From: Camelus ferus
Lineage: Eukaryota
Assembly (NCBI RefSeq): GCF_009834535.1
Contig: NC_045696.1
Coordinates: forward strand, 10,418,001 to 10,482,000
DNA length: 64,000 nt
Direction of reading: 5' to 3'
A program made the translations under genes and the position numbers. Of this stretch, positions 52,277-64,000 are shown piece by piece (within the stretch, counting starts at the first letter, position 1; each line of letters begins with the position of its first letter). Below the pieces are notes generated by a model. That model saw only the letters and a program-made list of their open reading frames with translations, had not been told where the DNA came from and did not search any database.

Positions 52277-52764
52277 TGTCGACTGAAGCAACAGCCTGAA
52301 AGTTGAGAGTTGCATTTTATTTGGCAGGAGGACTCAAGCCGGGATGACAGCCTCTCAGATGGCTCTGAGGGACTGCTCCGAACAGGTAGGGGAGGAGCTA
52401 GGATATATAGAAGCTTTACAACAAAGACCAGGTAGTTGGAACAATAAAAGATTACTTGTTATCTAAAGAAAACCAGGCATCTCAAGTTAAAGAATTTAGT
52501 GCTTTTTTAGGTATGGGAGGAAGCAAACATTTGGGCTCACTGAATTCACTCCTTTGACAAGCACCTAACTCTCTAGGGCCAGTGTCTTGTCCTTTATTAT
52601 TCTGAGTCCCCTCAGGGTGCACCACTGTGAGTGGCTGCAGAGGCCGGGCTGCAGGCTTGTCTTCACTGGGGGGGGGGGGGGGGGGGGGTGTGGCAGCCGC
52701 TGATGACTTGATGGCTTCAGCGTTCTTTGCTTCCTGATAGGGTTTGCAGTATTTTTCGTTCACA
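52277..52764 (-). mobile_element. Solo LTR (family B)
   Basis: TG...CA termini, AATAAA on minus strand, highly similar to 59659-60100; contains G21 run; no clear TSD. Confidence 0.8.
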
Positions 52765-53888
52765 TGTTCAACAAAGGCTTTTGGATGTTCTCCCTTCTTC
52801 TGAGTGCATAATTCAACTTCAGACTAATTCATTTGGGGGGAAGCCCTCTGCTCTTGTTCCCATCAGGCCTTGGATATCAGCCTCCAGCTGAGCTACTTCC
52901 AGGTCATTCTCCAGAGAGGATCTGGTCACATGTCTCTCCTGGGAGGGGAGTTTTCCCGAGGGATCTGCTGGCCTGTCTCAAAACTGCAGTATAATCATGG
53001 CTGTCAACTGTGCCCCTTACAGTCAATCCAGGTCCCTGTGAGTCGGGGTGTGAATAGCCACCAGTCTTTCCAACTCCTTTCTAAACCTGGCGGGGTCTTC
53101 TGAGAGTGGATGGAAAGAGCTTTATAATTTAAAAGACCTTCTGCTGTCCAAAGGACAAGAATTATTTGCAGTGGGAGTTAGGATACACCACAAAGGACAT
53201 TGCATATGAATGCCTGAAGCTAGCAGAGTCTGATTACAGAGTCCCAGAGAGTAGGCGTCACTCTAAGGGACTATGAAGTCCCACATGTTTCTGCTAAATT
53301 CACCCCGTGACTTTAAGCACTTTACGCAAGTAACCTGTATCCCCCTCACTTGGAAGCTGGGCTGGAGTGCCCTCTGTAAGTCTTGTAAAGATATTGAAGT
53401 TAAAATAGGCAACTGGGAGTTTCAGGGGCTTTCAGGGGGAGTTGGAGGACCTTTAGGATTTAAGAGGATTGGCTAAGGGGATGGAGTTGGGTTAACTGGG
53501 TTTTGAGGGAGTGGGGTTAGACCAGGGGCCCAGAGATGCAAAAATCTTCTAGAAGGTCAGGGACAGGGAGTTGGGGACAAAGAAGAGAATAGGTGGGAGA
53601 AGTGGTGGGATTTACGTCAGATTTGGTTTAAAATTTTTGCTCTAAATCTGATTTCTATTCTTTCTGTTTATTAAGGAAAATCTCTAAGTTTAGCCGTTAT
53701 GCTTTTCTGAGTTCTCTTTTCAATTTGAACCTCCCATAAATGCCAGTAAGGCAGCTACTCGAGATGAGAGCAATTCAAACATTTTTTTCAAATATAGAGG
53801 TTTTTCCAATTCAAAAGACCCATCGTTTGGTCATTGACAAGTAGGATTTCATTAGTATATTTATTCCAATAGTGACTCAATCCAATAA

Positions 53889-53940
53889 GACTTTTTATGG
53901 AAAGACCTGGAGGTGACTTTTTATGGAAAGACCTGGAGGT
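53889..53940. repeat. 26-bp perfect tandem duplication
   Basis: GACTTTTTATGGAAAGACCTGGAGGT x2. Confidence 0.95.
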
Positions 53941-54908
53941 AACTTTCCAGGTTTAGAACAGATTCTTACTATGGACACAAGACGTGTCCCTGAAGAGGGC
54001 ACAGATGATGTAGTCCCCATGATCCAACAATCCCCTCCCAAGAATAGTCTAAGAAAGCAAAGGCCTTTGTTGCACAGGTAAGGATGGTGTAGTGAAAATG
54101 GCATCTCCAGTTTCCCATGTGTGATGGCTCCAGTTACAGACCACTAGCCTGTGACACCAGGCAGCTGCTACAGAAATGGGACTTTCCCAGCACTAACAAG
54201 CAACAAAGGTTGAGAAAATAAAGACTTCATATGGACTGGGACCTGTTATGACAAACTCCCCTGAGAGCTGGGACAGCCAGGCCAAGAGTGTACTGTTTGT
54301 GACCATCTATCTCAGAACCCCAGTCTATTTAACTGGCCACAAGATGCACTCTGGTAAATGCACCTGCTGGATGGTAGAGACAAGAGAGAATATTTTTATT
54401 GGATGCAAAGCCAGGACATAGAACAACATGGAAGGAAAAACCTCATCTGGTTTTTGCATAGAGGATCCACAGCAAGTTTGTCTAAGTAAACGCTGGTCTA
54501 GTGAGAACCGTTAACTCACCAGTTTGTGAGGCCAGCTCCAACAGCAGGCTTATCGGGTTTACGCCCGTGTTCCACCCTGTGGTTCTTCCTCCTTCTGACA
54601 GATGACACAACAGAGTAAGGAAAACCCGTGACCATCTCTGAGAGAAAAGAATCAGTAAAAACCAAGAGTATGTATTTACCAAATGCCAGTCACTATGTCA
54701 CAAGGAACTGGCTCCCAAAAATATTTTCTCCTGCTAATCTAAATTTAGACAGAGAGAGAAAAGGGGCTCTTACCACTTTCCCTTCCACCCTGTAGGCAGA
54801 GATCTGGGAGGCTGATGTGGTAAGAAATCTGACCTTCTGCTGGCCTTTGTCAGCTGTCCCAGAGGCTCTCAGCTGTGGCACCTTGGGTTGAGAAGAAGGG
54901 TTTAGCCA

Positions 54909-54925
54909 GTCCTGCTGGATTGCCA
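54909..54925 (-). other. Degenerate primer-binding site, probably tRNA-Arg
   Basis: TGGCAATCCAGCAGGAC 2 nt after the LTR end; resembles the Arg PBS TGGCGAGCCAGCCAGGAG (from memory). Confidence 0.5.
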
Positions 54926-54927
54926 AC

Positions 54928-55455
54928 TGTCAGGAAGGGGAAAATTTCCTCCTCTCCATCTCTTGAGTTCTTGTGGCTGGACTAATAATAAAATTGACAC
55001 AAGACAGATTAACAGGAGGAAAGAAACAAATTTTAATCCATACCCATGGAGTTCTCATAGAAATAGGACCTAAGAAGTGGCCAAAACTGGCAATTTTTAT
55101 ACTTTTTTTAGATAAAGAAATAGTACATTTGTGAGGAATTGACAGGACAAAGAATTTTAGGTTTTGGGTGCTTAATTAGTGAAAAATCTATACAGAGTTT
55201 GGGCTTGGGTAAATTAAAGAAGTAACAAACTTTGTTTACTCCTTGGTCCTGTATTTCCTGTCTCTGGCAATAAAGGTGTCCTTTTTCCAGATGCAGGGAG
55301 TACATCTTTCGCATGGGAGATTTATTTCCTGCTTTCAGAGAGACAGAGGAAGATCAGTTTCCTTCCTGTATCAGCTGCCTCTCAAGCAACTTCAATCCAA
55401 AATAATCAATATGCCATTGGTATATTTTGGGGGTGACCCTCCCTGAGCCCCAACA
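54928..55455 (-). mobile_element. 5' LTR of the ERV
   Basis: TG...CA termini on minus strand (TGTTGGGG...CTGACA), directly followed by a PBS-like sequence and the leader. Confidence 0.75.
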
Positions 55456-58400
55456 CCAGTATCTGGCACAAGGTGTTCAATAAAGGTCATTTTCCCCCGA
55501 CCATTGTGGTTATTGTATTTTCTGTTTCAGAAAGACTCAGTGGTGGTGGGGAAGATCTCGTTCTGCTAGATCTGAAGGATCACGTGGCCCCAGAGGGCAA
55601 CACTTCCTTGTCTAACCTCAACTGGGCAGAAACTGGAAAATTTCTGCACGCACTGCGAATCTCTGCCCCACCACTTCTCATTTTCAACAGACGCTCTTCT
55701 ACACAACTCCCATTTTCTTGGAAAATTCAAGCAATCAACAGATCACTGTGGGGTGGGGGAGAAGCAGGTAAGCACATCTCTTTCGGCTGCCCTGAGAAGT
55801 GTGGAGAATTAACTGGAACCTGACCTTGACTGCAATCACAAGCACAGCGATTTTGTGCCTCAAGTCTAGGCTAAGCCAAGACTATCAAAGCTGCGACTCT
55901 GCTGTGATCTTGACACGGTTGTTACAAAAACTCTGCAATAAATACCTGTCATGAGCACTCCCTTGTAATCCTCCAAATCCAAAGAGCTCTGAAAACCAAA
56001 AGCACTTTTCTGTCACTCCTTTGGTAGCAAAACCAGACTAGAACTCCTTTGGGTGCAAAGCCCTGCCTGCCCTTATTTGCTGCAAAATGTGACCAAACTG
56101 GATGTGAATCCGTTTATAATTTTAATTTTTCTTTCAGTGTGACTATTCATAACGTCTATTCCAGATGTTTTAATGTGCTTGATTGTATTTCATCTAAAAT
56201 ATTGTTCAATTTAAGAGCTCTTTCTTGGTCTCTGATTGCTCTTTCTACTGCGCTTTTTTGTTTCACGGATGCAGTTTCTTCTTGTATATCTCTGAGAGCA
56301 TTATAGTTAAAAAAAAACCCCATAATTTTCTAGCCTATAATGAAAAAGAATATGAAAAAGAATATATATGTGGATCTGTATAACTGAGTCTGCTGTACAC
56401 CAGAAACTAACACAACATTGTAAATCAACTAAACTTCAATTAAAAATAGATTAAAGTTAAAAAAATTTAAAACCATAATTTTCAGCTTTGTGCATCTTTT
56501 TCATTTCTTCCGACTTCTTTTGCGCCATTAGTGTTGGTCTGTCTTTCCTCCTATGTCTGGTGCCCTCACTGTCCGCTTTTAAGACGAGTAGTAAGTGGTG
56601 AGCGGCTGTTCTGTGTGTGCAGGTGCAGCTCGCTGATGGAGGAGCAGCAGGTCTGGAGGGGAACCCCCACTTCTGGTTTGGGTCTCAGCAGGCTTTCTTT
56701 CTCAGGGCATATCTGGTTTCCTAAGAGGCGAGATCCCTTGCCTGGGGCACCTTGCAGGGGTGGCTTTTGCCTGCTTGGCAGCCGCCTAGAAGAGAAGGAA
56801 AGAGGGCTGGAGTCTCCTGGATTGTAGAGTGAAGCTCAGTCCCCTCAGGGCAGTGCCTCCCCTCAACTCGCCCAGAGCCTAATGCTCCCAACCTCTCAGC
56901 TTTTTTGAAGAGAATAAACCAGTGGGATTTGAGGAAGGGAAGCTGATTATGTGCAAGCTGGGGTTGGGGGGGACCTGGAGTGAGTAAAAACTGCTTACAC
57001 ACACTACCAACTCCCCCATTTCAACTTCATCCTGTGGTCCTGCCCCCTGGGGTGCTTGGCACATCCATTTCTGGAGCCTTTCTTGAGGCTCCTCGTTGTT
57101 TATCTGCCATCTCATGGGCCAGTATTCTTTACTTAATTTCTAGGTTTCTCTACTCTGCCAAGTGCTGTTCCTTTATTGACTTTCCAGATTCCAAATATTT
57201 GTCAACATCTCTTGTCTTCTTTTTCTCTTCTCCCATTATTATACATGTGGGTTTGTGCTCTTTTATTCTGTTCCTGTGATTTAGGTTGGAGTTTTCTGTA
57301 CTTGGAAACAGACTCTTGGCACCTTAAGTCATTTCCTCAACGTAGTCAGTTGGAAAATAACGCCGCTGGGATTTGAGTTGAGGTCTGTTTGCCCTCCCAC
57401 GGGAAGAACGGAGATAAACAGATGTGTCCAATTAGCTGAGTTTTGTATGGAACTGCTGGGACTTTTCTGCTGCGTATGGAACTGCTGAGTGGAGTTTTAC
57501 ATTGTCTTTCTTGCACAAAGCACGTAACACAATAAATCACTTTCTATTTCTGGGTTTGTTTCTTTCAAATGGAGTAAAAACATAAAGACACATGCGAGGC
57601 CACTTGGCAATAAAACAATTGACTATTGTTTAAGACACAACAGAGGAAGAAAATTGAAAGTCCCCTACAGGTTGTAAGCTTCATGGCAGACGTCTGAAGT
57701 AAATTTTACGTTGGACTGGGACAGGTCAGTTAAGAGAGGCTTAAACTGAGGACAAGGAAGAGTTTCTGTGTTTATGTGTAGAAATAGCCAGGAATCTCCC
57801 TCCCCGCCTCCCCGCAGTATGCGATATAATAACTGCATGCCTCTTATCTGCAAGGCATCACAACAGGGTGTATTCAGGAGAAGCAGGGAAGGCTGATGAC
57901 TAAGACCTCAGGCTGTGGACTCAGGCTTGCCTGGTCTCAGTCCTTTACCTGCTGGACTGAGGACCTCAGTTCCTTGCTGGCTAGTGACTGGAGGCACCCT
58001 CGGGTCCTGCCATGTGGGCCTTTCCAGCCTGGCAGCTCACTTCCACAAAGTGTACATGCTGGGAAGGCCCTAGAGAGAGTGCTGGCAAGAAGGGAGCCAC
58101 GATCCTCCATAAACTAAATACAGAAGCGGCAGCCCACCCCTGCTGTCACTTTCTATTGAGTCATCGGTACTGTCCACACTCAAGACCAGGCGATTACTCA
58201 AAGGTGTGAATACCAGGGGATGGGGAGCACGGGTGGCCATCTCAGAGTCTGCCTGTCACGTGGGTAAAAGCACAGACTCTGGAGCCAAGCCACCTAGGTT
58301 CAAATGCCTGCTGTCACTTCTCCCCTGTGTGATCTGAAGTAAATTACTTAATCTCTCTGTGCCTTAGTTTCAACCTTTGAAAAATGAGGCAAATAATAGT

Positions 58401-59174
58401 CTCTGCTTCAAAGGGCTCTTGTGGGAATTCAGTAAAAATGCAAAAGTGCTTAGAACAGGGCCTGCATCCAGAGGGTGCTAAGGAAGGACTGGCTGTTACT
58501 CCAGCTCCACTGGGGCAGTTCAGCGCCCTTCAAATGAACGGAAGTCTCAGCTGCCCTGTGTTTCCTGTTTTTGTAGAATTGTTTGATCCGATCTAGAGTC
58601 GGTCTTTGCCACGATTTCTCCTGCTCAAAGGTTTTACCCCTCCTAGCTTTAACCTTTTGGGCGTATTTTTAGTCACAATCCTGGGGCTGTAATCCAGTTC
58701 ATAAAGTGCCAGCCTGTTAGTTAGTGGCTGTTGAATGAAGAGTTCTGATGGATGTAGAAACTAAGGCAGTGTTTGGCATCTGCTTGGTCCAGAGGTGAGG
58801 CAGCCAGGAGACAGAATGTGAACTTGACTCAGGAAGGAAAATCACGTACAGTCTTCGTTGCAGGAGACAGATCATTTTTTTTTTTCTGTGTTTTTCTCTT
58901 CCCAAGGAAGTGGATTGGCTTGAGCATGTCTGAACTAGAGAGTTCAGGATTCAAGATGGCAGGCAGTCAGTCTCAGTTAAGTACCCTGCTGGGGAAGAGG
59001 GTAGTATCAGGTTCACAAACAATCACCTGTTCACCCTCCTTCCCATTTTAAACATTAAAAAGAGGTTATATTACACCAGAAACTAATACAACATTGTAAA
59101 CCGACTATACTTCAATTAAAAAACAAAAAAGAAGTTATAACTGGTCAGGTTAAAACAATGGAGGCGTTCACTGC

Positions 59175-59640
59175 TTTATTAGTTTCCTGTGGCTGCCTTA
59201 ACAAATTACCACCAGCTGGGGGGTTTAAAACAGCAGAAATGTTTTGTCCCGCAGTTCCGGAGAGCAGAAGTCTGAAATCAAGATGTTGGCAAGGCTGTTT
59301 CCTCCAGAGGCTCTAACAGAGAATCTGTTCCTTGTAGTTCTGGTGGTTCCAGACATCTCCTGACTTATGGCCACAGCACTCCAGTCTCTGTCTCTGCGGT
59401 TACATGGGCTCTTCCTCTTCTGTCCACTGTCTCCGTCTGCCTCTCACACGAGGTCACTTGTAAGGGCATTTAAGGCCCACTCTGATAATCCAAGATAATG
59501 TTTTTATCTCAAGACCTTGAACTTAATCCCATCTGCAAAAAAAAAAAGTGTGTGTGTGTGTATATAATTTTATTTTATGTTATTTTTTCTCAAATAAAGT
59601 CACCTTCACAGGTTGCAGGGATTAGCACTTGGGTATCTTT
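59175..59640 (-). mobile_element. MaLR LTR (MLT1C-like)
   Basis: ACAAATTACCAC...CAGAAGTCTGAAATCAAG...CTTAATCCCATCTGCAAA. Confidence 0.75.
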
Positions 59641-59658
59641 TTTTTTTTTTTTTTTTTT

Positions 59659-60100
59659 GAGAGTTATGTTTTATGTGGCAGGAGGACTCTAGCCGGGATG
59701 ACAGCCTCTCAGATCACTCTGCGGGACTGCTCCAAAGAGCTAGGGGAGGAGCTAGGATATATAGGAGCTTTACAACAGAGACCGGGTAGTTGGAACAATA
59801 AAAGATTACTTGTTATCTAAAGAAAACCAGGCATCTCAAGTTAAAGAATTTAGTGCTTTTCTATGTATGGGATGAAGCAAACATTTGAGCTCACTGAATT
59901 CACTCCTTTGACAAGCACCTAGCTATCTAGGGCCAGTGTCTTGTCCTTTCTTTTTCTGAGTCCCCTCAGAGTGCACCACTGTGAGTGGCTGCAGAGGCCG
60001 GGCTACAGGCTTGTCTCCTCTAGGTGGGGTGGTGACTGATGACTTGATGGCTTCAGCATTCTTCGTTTACTGATATGGTTTGCAGTATTTTTCATTCACA
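59659..60100 (-). mobile_element. Solo LTR (family B), 3'-truncated
   Basis: Aligns by eye with ~52305-52764. Confidence 0.8.
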
Positions 60101-62255
60101 TGTATGACTGAAGCATTACGCTGTACACCAGAAATTGATACAACATTGTAAACTGACTCTACGTCAATAAAAATATATATACTAGAAAAAAAAGAAAAGA
60201 AAGTAAGGCTTCTCAAATCAACAACCAGAATGGGATTTAACTGGCATTGAAGAAGCCTCCAAAAGTCTTCAAGATTCCGAAACAGCTTCATTGAAAGATC
60301 CATTGCAAAAAGCTAATGAAAAGCTAAAGACATAAGAGGTACCTTGAACCAACTTTGGGATGTTCCAAAGGGCCCCTAGAATGTTTGTTCTCTATCCCTC
60401 TTTGTTCTTTATTTATTTTCTGTTTTTCTCTTTCTTGTTTCTTATTTTTTTTATCCTATGTAAGTTTCTTGCCTTCAGCTCCATTCTGCCATTCTCTGGA
60501 CCCTTGGGACAAACACTGGCCATATTTTTGCTATGGTTGCCAACATTAATCTTTAGTTGCCCCCAAGAGTTCCCGCCTCCTCTCTGGCAATGGTTTATTC
60601 CGTGCTTTTTTCGTGGTTCTTTCCCCAGGACTTGGGTATCTTTAAGGGGACTATTTTTCATTCTGCCACACCATCCCGTCGTACTGCCTGAATAAGTCCA
60701 CGACTGAATTAATGCAGGATGCCCACGTGGAAAATGTGGAGAAACAGCTTCCCTCATGGCCCAGTCATGGAAAAGCCAAGATGTGCTGAAATCATAGACT
60801 GTGGGAAGGTCATTTCCAAATGTTTTAGAACAAATTAAGGCAGCCACCAAGGCACAGCAGAGGAAGAGGCAACACATGAAGATGAAGGAGTGTAACTAAA
60901 TAACGTTTACCTATCGATGGTTTTTGAGCTCAAAGAGGATTCATTCTAAAGGTTTAAAGTGGGCACACAGCTATAGGCAAGCGTTTCAGAGCGACTTGAA
61001 TCTTCTAACAAGAGTGCCCGTGAGACTGCAGCACCAGAAAGAGCCAAGAATCCTCCAGAGGTGGGCTTCTGAGAAGCCACGCTTGCAGCAGGGAGAATAA
61101 AGAGGTGCGGGCCCTTTGCTCTGGGTAGAAGGTGTTTTGTAAATGGAGAACAAAGAGGAAGCAAAACTGTTCACCTGCTATTTTTGCTTCTGGCTTCACC
61201 ATCAAAGGGACGTGTCATCACACAGGAAAGGACAGACGGGGCGACAGCATGCTGCCAGGCAAATCAAAGCCAGAGACCAGCGTAGTTAAGGGGCCCATTG
61301 GAAGCAGCTCTTGCCCTCAAGGCAGGAAGACTTTGCAGACGTGACTGTGGACCAGCCCCTGTAATATCTGAGAAATACAGGTGGGGGCGCTGGAGAGGGG
61401 CCAGGGGAGTGAGGGAGAGGGAGGCGCCTGGAAACTCTGGAGCAGATGGGGTTCCTCACATCATGAAATTCTCCAGTTTGACTCATCATGTAGAGAATCC
61501 ATTAACCATGGTCTAGAGAATGATTTTGAGTTTCGGGAGATTTGCTGGGGATGGAGACCTTTAGTTGAAAAAGTAGTAATGAAGTTTATCTAATAGTGAT
61601 ATATAGAGCTAGCTAACTAGGCACTTCTATCTTTGAATGTTTATTCTCTGTCCTTTTCAGGGAGAATTGAGAGTGTATATCTCTTGAATCCACAGGATTC
61701 AATTCTTGAGAGTTCCCTCCCCTCTTCCCTCTCACTTATTTCCAAACCTGGACACAGGTCCTCCTTCTACACCCCCAACACCCCATCATTTTTCCCCTTG
61801 AATACAAATGAGCCAGACGAAGACATGGAGCTCATGAAAGGAAATCCTGACAGTTCCAAAGGGCTGGAAGCAGAAATTATAAGAAGGAAGAGATTCATTA
61901 AGGAAGAGGTAACACGAAGTTAGGCTTGGGGAGGGGGCAGTAAAAGCATGAGAAGCTTTACCAAGGGATATTTCTCTGTTTCACAGTGAGTGTAAAGGTT
62001 GTTACACGGACTAATAGGCTGTGAAGAATAGAGAACTTTAAATCAGCAGACATCTCAGCAACCATCCATCAGCCCCTTTGTAGTTCTAAGTGCTAAGGAG
62101 ACAAGGGTAAGACTAGAATATGGTCCCACCACTCTAATAGCTAACAGGGTGAAACTAACGCTGTGGAGAGACAATGTTAAAAAGTGCTGAAAAGCAAACA
62201 AAGAAAAAAATAAGTAAAATATTAAAAAATATAGAACTCAAACTTAAAAAAAAGG

Positions 62256-62392
62256 TGGGGGTTCAAGGGTATAGCTTAGTGGAAGAGTGCATGCTTAACA
62301 TGCACGAGGTCCTGGGTTCAATCCCCAGTACCTCCATCAAAGTAAATAAATAAATAAACCTAATTACCCCCCCACAACAAAAACAAATAAAA
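62256..62392 (+). mobile_element. tRNA-derived SINE
   Basis: GGGTATAGCTTAGTGGAAGAG...GGTTCAATCCCCAG, AAAT tail. Confidence 0.85.
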
Positions 62393-62419
62393 ATTTTTTT
62401 TAAAAACTTATGCTTTAAA

Positions 62420-63040
62420 AAAAGTGCTGAACTGCTTTGGGAAGCAGTCTGGCAGTTCATCAAAGAACAACTTAAACATAAATTTGTCATGTGTGCTGGT
62501 AATTCCAAGTCCTGTTTATATACCCAAGAGAACTGAAAACACGTCTACACAAAAACCTGCCATACACAGATGTTCGTGGCAGTATTATTCATACCGTATT
62601 CAAAAAGTGGAAAAAACCCAAGTGTCCCTCAACCGATGAATGGATAAACAAAATATGGTAAATGCACACAATGGAGTAGTATGCAGCAATAAAAACAAGT
62701 GGAATGTCCCTCCATGCTACAGGATGGATGAACCTTGAAAACACACTAGTGAAAGGAGCTAGTCACAAAGGGTCACACACTATATCATTCCACTCACATG
62801 AAATCTCAGAAGAGGCAAATCCATTGACACAGAAAGAAGCTTAGCGATTTTCTGGGGCTCGGAGGGGATAGGGAGGAATGGGGAGTGACTGCTAAGGGGA
62901 AAGGGACCTCTTTCTGGAGTGATGCAAATGTTCTGCAATGAGATAGTGATGATGGCTGTACAAATTTGTGAACATACTAAAAACTTTCAGATCCTACACT
63001 TTAAATGGGTGAATTGTTTGATATCTGAATTGCATCTGAA
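62420..63040 (+). mobile_element. Old L1M 3' end
   Basis: CTTTGGGAAGCAGTCTGGCAG...GGATGAACCTTGAAAAC...CACTTTAAATGGGTGAATT. Confidence 0.8.
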
Positions 63041-63419
63041 TTGTTTTTTTTTTTTATTTTTTGTTAAGTGCTAAAGTTGCAACACACACAGACTGCTAGG
63101 GCAGGACTAATGTAGCTTGGAGTTTGCTGTGAACTTCCTGTGTTCTTTGTACTGATGTCAATAGTGCTGCTTCTCTGCACAGCTTCCTGGAGCGCCCCAC
63201 CCCTCCCCGCTCCAGCTCTCCCGGTCATTGTGATTGGCCACAAAACTTCCTCTGGTTTTAAACAGAATCCATCCAAATGTAAACTGCATTTGTTGTATTT
63301 GGCAAATGCAATCCATTGTCACTTTTTAAAAGACCATATTGTCTAGCCCCAAGTTCTACATAGACTTTCTGGAAGGCTAGAGAAAGAAAGGGAAAATAAT
63401 AATTTATTAGAAAAAAAAG

Positions 63420-64000
63420 AAATATAATTGACCCTACAACACTGTGTTAGTTCCTGGTGCCCCACATAGTGATTTGATATTTCTATACATTTCAAAGGGA
63501 TCACCCCAAGAGATCTAGTTACCAACTGTCACCATGCAAGATTATAATATTGTTTCCTATACTGTGCATTTCATCCCTGAGACTCATTTATTTTGTAACT
63601 GGAAGTTTTTACTCCTTAAATCTCCCCCACCTATTTCATTCATCCTCACAGCCCCCTCCCCTTGGCAACCACCTGTTCGTCCTCTGTTTCGATGTTCCTG
63701 TTTTACGTTTGTTCATTTGTTAAGTTTTTAAGATTCCGCATCAAAGTGAAATCATATGATATTGTCTTTCTTTCACTCATTTCACTTAGCATAATACCCT
63801 TTGGTGCCATCGTTGTGGTCAAAAATTATAAGATTTCATTCCTTATGGATGAGTAATATTCCATTGTATATATACCACATCATCTGTATCTATTCATCTA
63901 TCTATGGGCACTTAGATTGTTTTCACATCTTGGCTATTGTAAATAATGCTGTGATGAACATAGGGGTGCATATATTTTCTCAAATTAGTGTTTTTGTTTC
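63420..64000 (-). mobile_element. L1 3' end (runs off window)
   Basis: TTTCACTTAGCATAATACCC...GGCTATTGTAAATAATGCTG. Confidence 0.85.

Larger units (their letters stand above)
47850..54927 (-). mobile_element. Decayed gamma-like (ERV1) provirus internal region, gag-pro-pol remnants
   Basis: Minus-strand remnants: matrix Q*PNDGSF (~53830), protease ELDFLTDTG (~52125-52150), RT QGYRESP and VQYADNP (~50810-50890), RNase H IYTDSKY (~49210), integrase IVCTFRGWTE..KKLITKIIPCFGIP (~48450-48560); many stops and frameshifts; no env or 3' LTR seen. Confidence 0.88.

Noticed and set aside
52277..60100. Two co-oriented family-B LTRs ~7.3 kb apart, resembling the ends of one provirus
   Set aside because: The interval holds a different ERV's gag and 5' LTR plus ancient MaLR and MIR fragments, with no matching PBS or shared TSD; they are better explained as independent solo LTRs.
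60413..60877. 154-aa ORF with a signal-peptide-like N-terminus
   Set aside because: Starts at GTG, the C-terminus comes from low-complexity A-rich sequence, and no family similarity is recognised.
55456..64000. Exons of the expected neighbour IL10RB (and IFNGR2 in 1-19000)
   Set aside because: No matching peptide or exon was found by eye; they probably lie outside the window.

Overview
Mammalian genomic DNA, most likely camelid (judged from the tRNA-derived Vic-1-like SINEs and the L1 3' ends). The only recognisable protein-coding gene is IFNAR1 (type I interferon receptor chain 1) on the minus strand: 11 coding exons with GT-AG boundaries from ATG at 42210 to TGA at 21442, a CpG-island promoter, and a likely poly(A) site near 19.05 kb. 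As written, exon 4 is 159 nt rather than the 158 nt needed to keep frame. This +1 frameshift (near 30685) gives a premature TAG (30667-30669) and a 167-aa truncated product instead of ~565 aa; it is either an assembly error or a true loss-of-function allele or copy. Other IFNAR1 oddities are a 9-bp in-frame duplication in exon 6, several substitutions at normally conserved residues, an ATG-TAA start-stop uORF and a GAS site in the promoter. Upstream (47.8-55.5 kb) lies a decayed gamma-like ERV with three nested solo LTRs (two in inverted orientation) and a SINE. Intron 1 holds a TSD-flanked retrocopy of a tRNA-Arg 5' half. The rest is L1, L2, MIR, MaLR and DNA-transposon debris. Repeat family names and comparisons with human/bovine IFNAR1 are from memory and need checking by alignment; repeat boundaries without TSDs are approximate.
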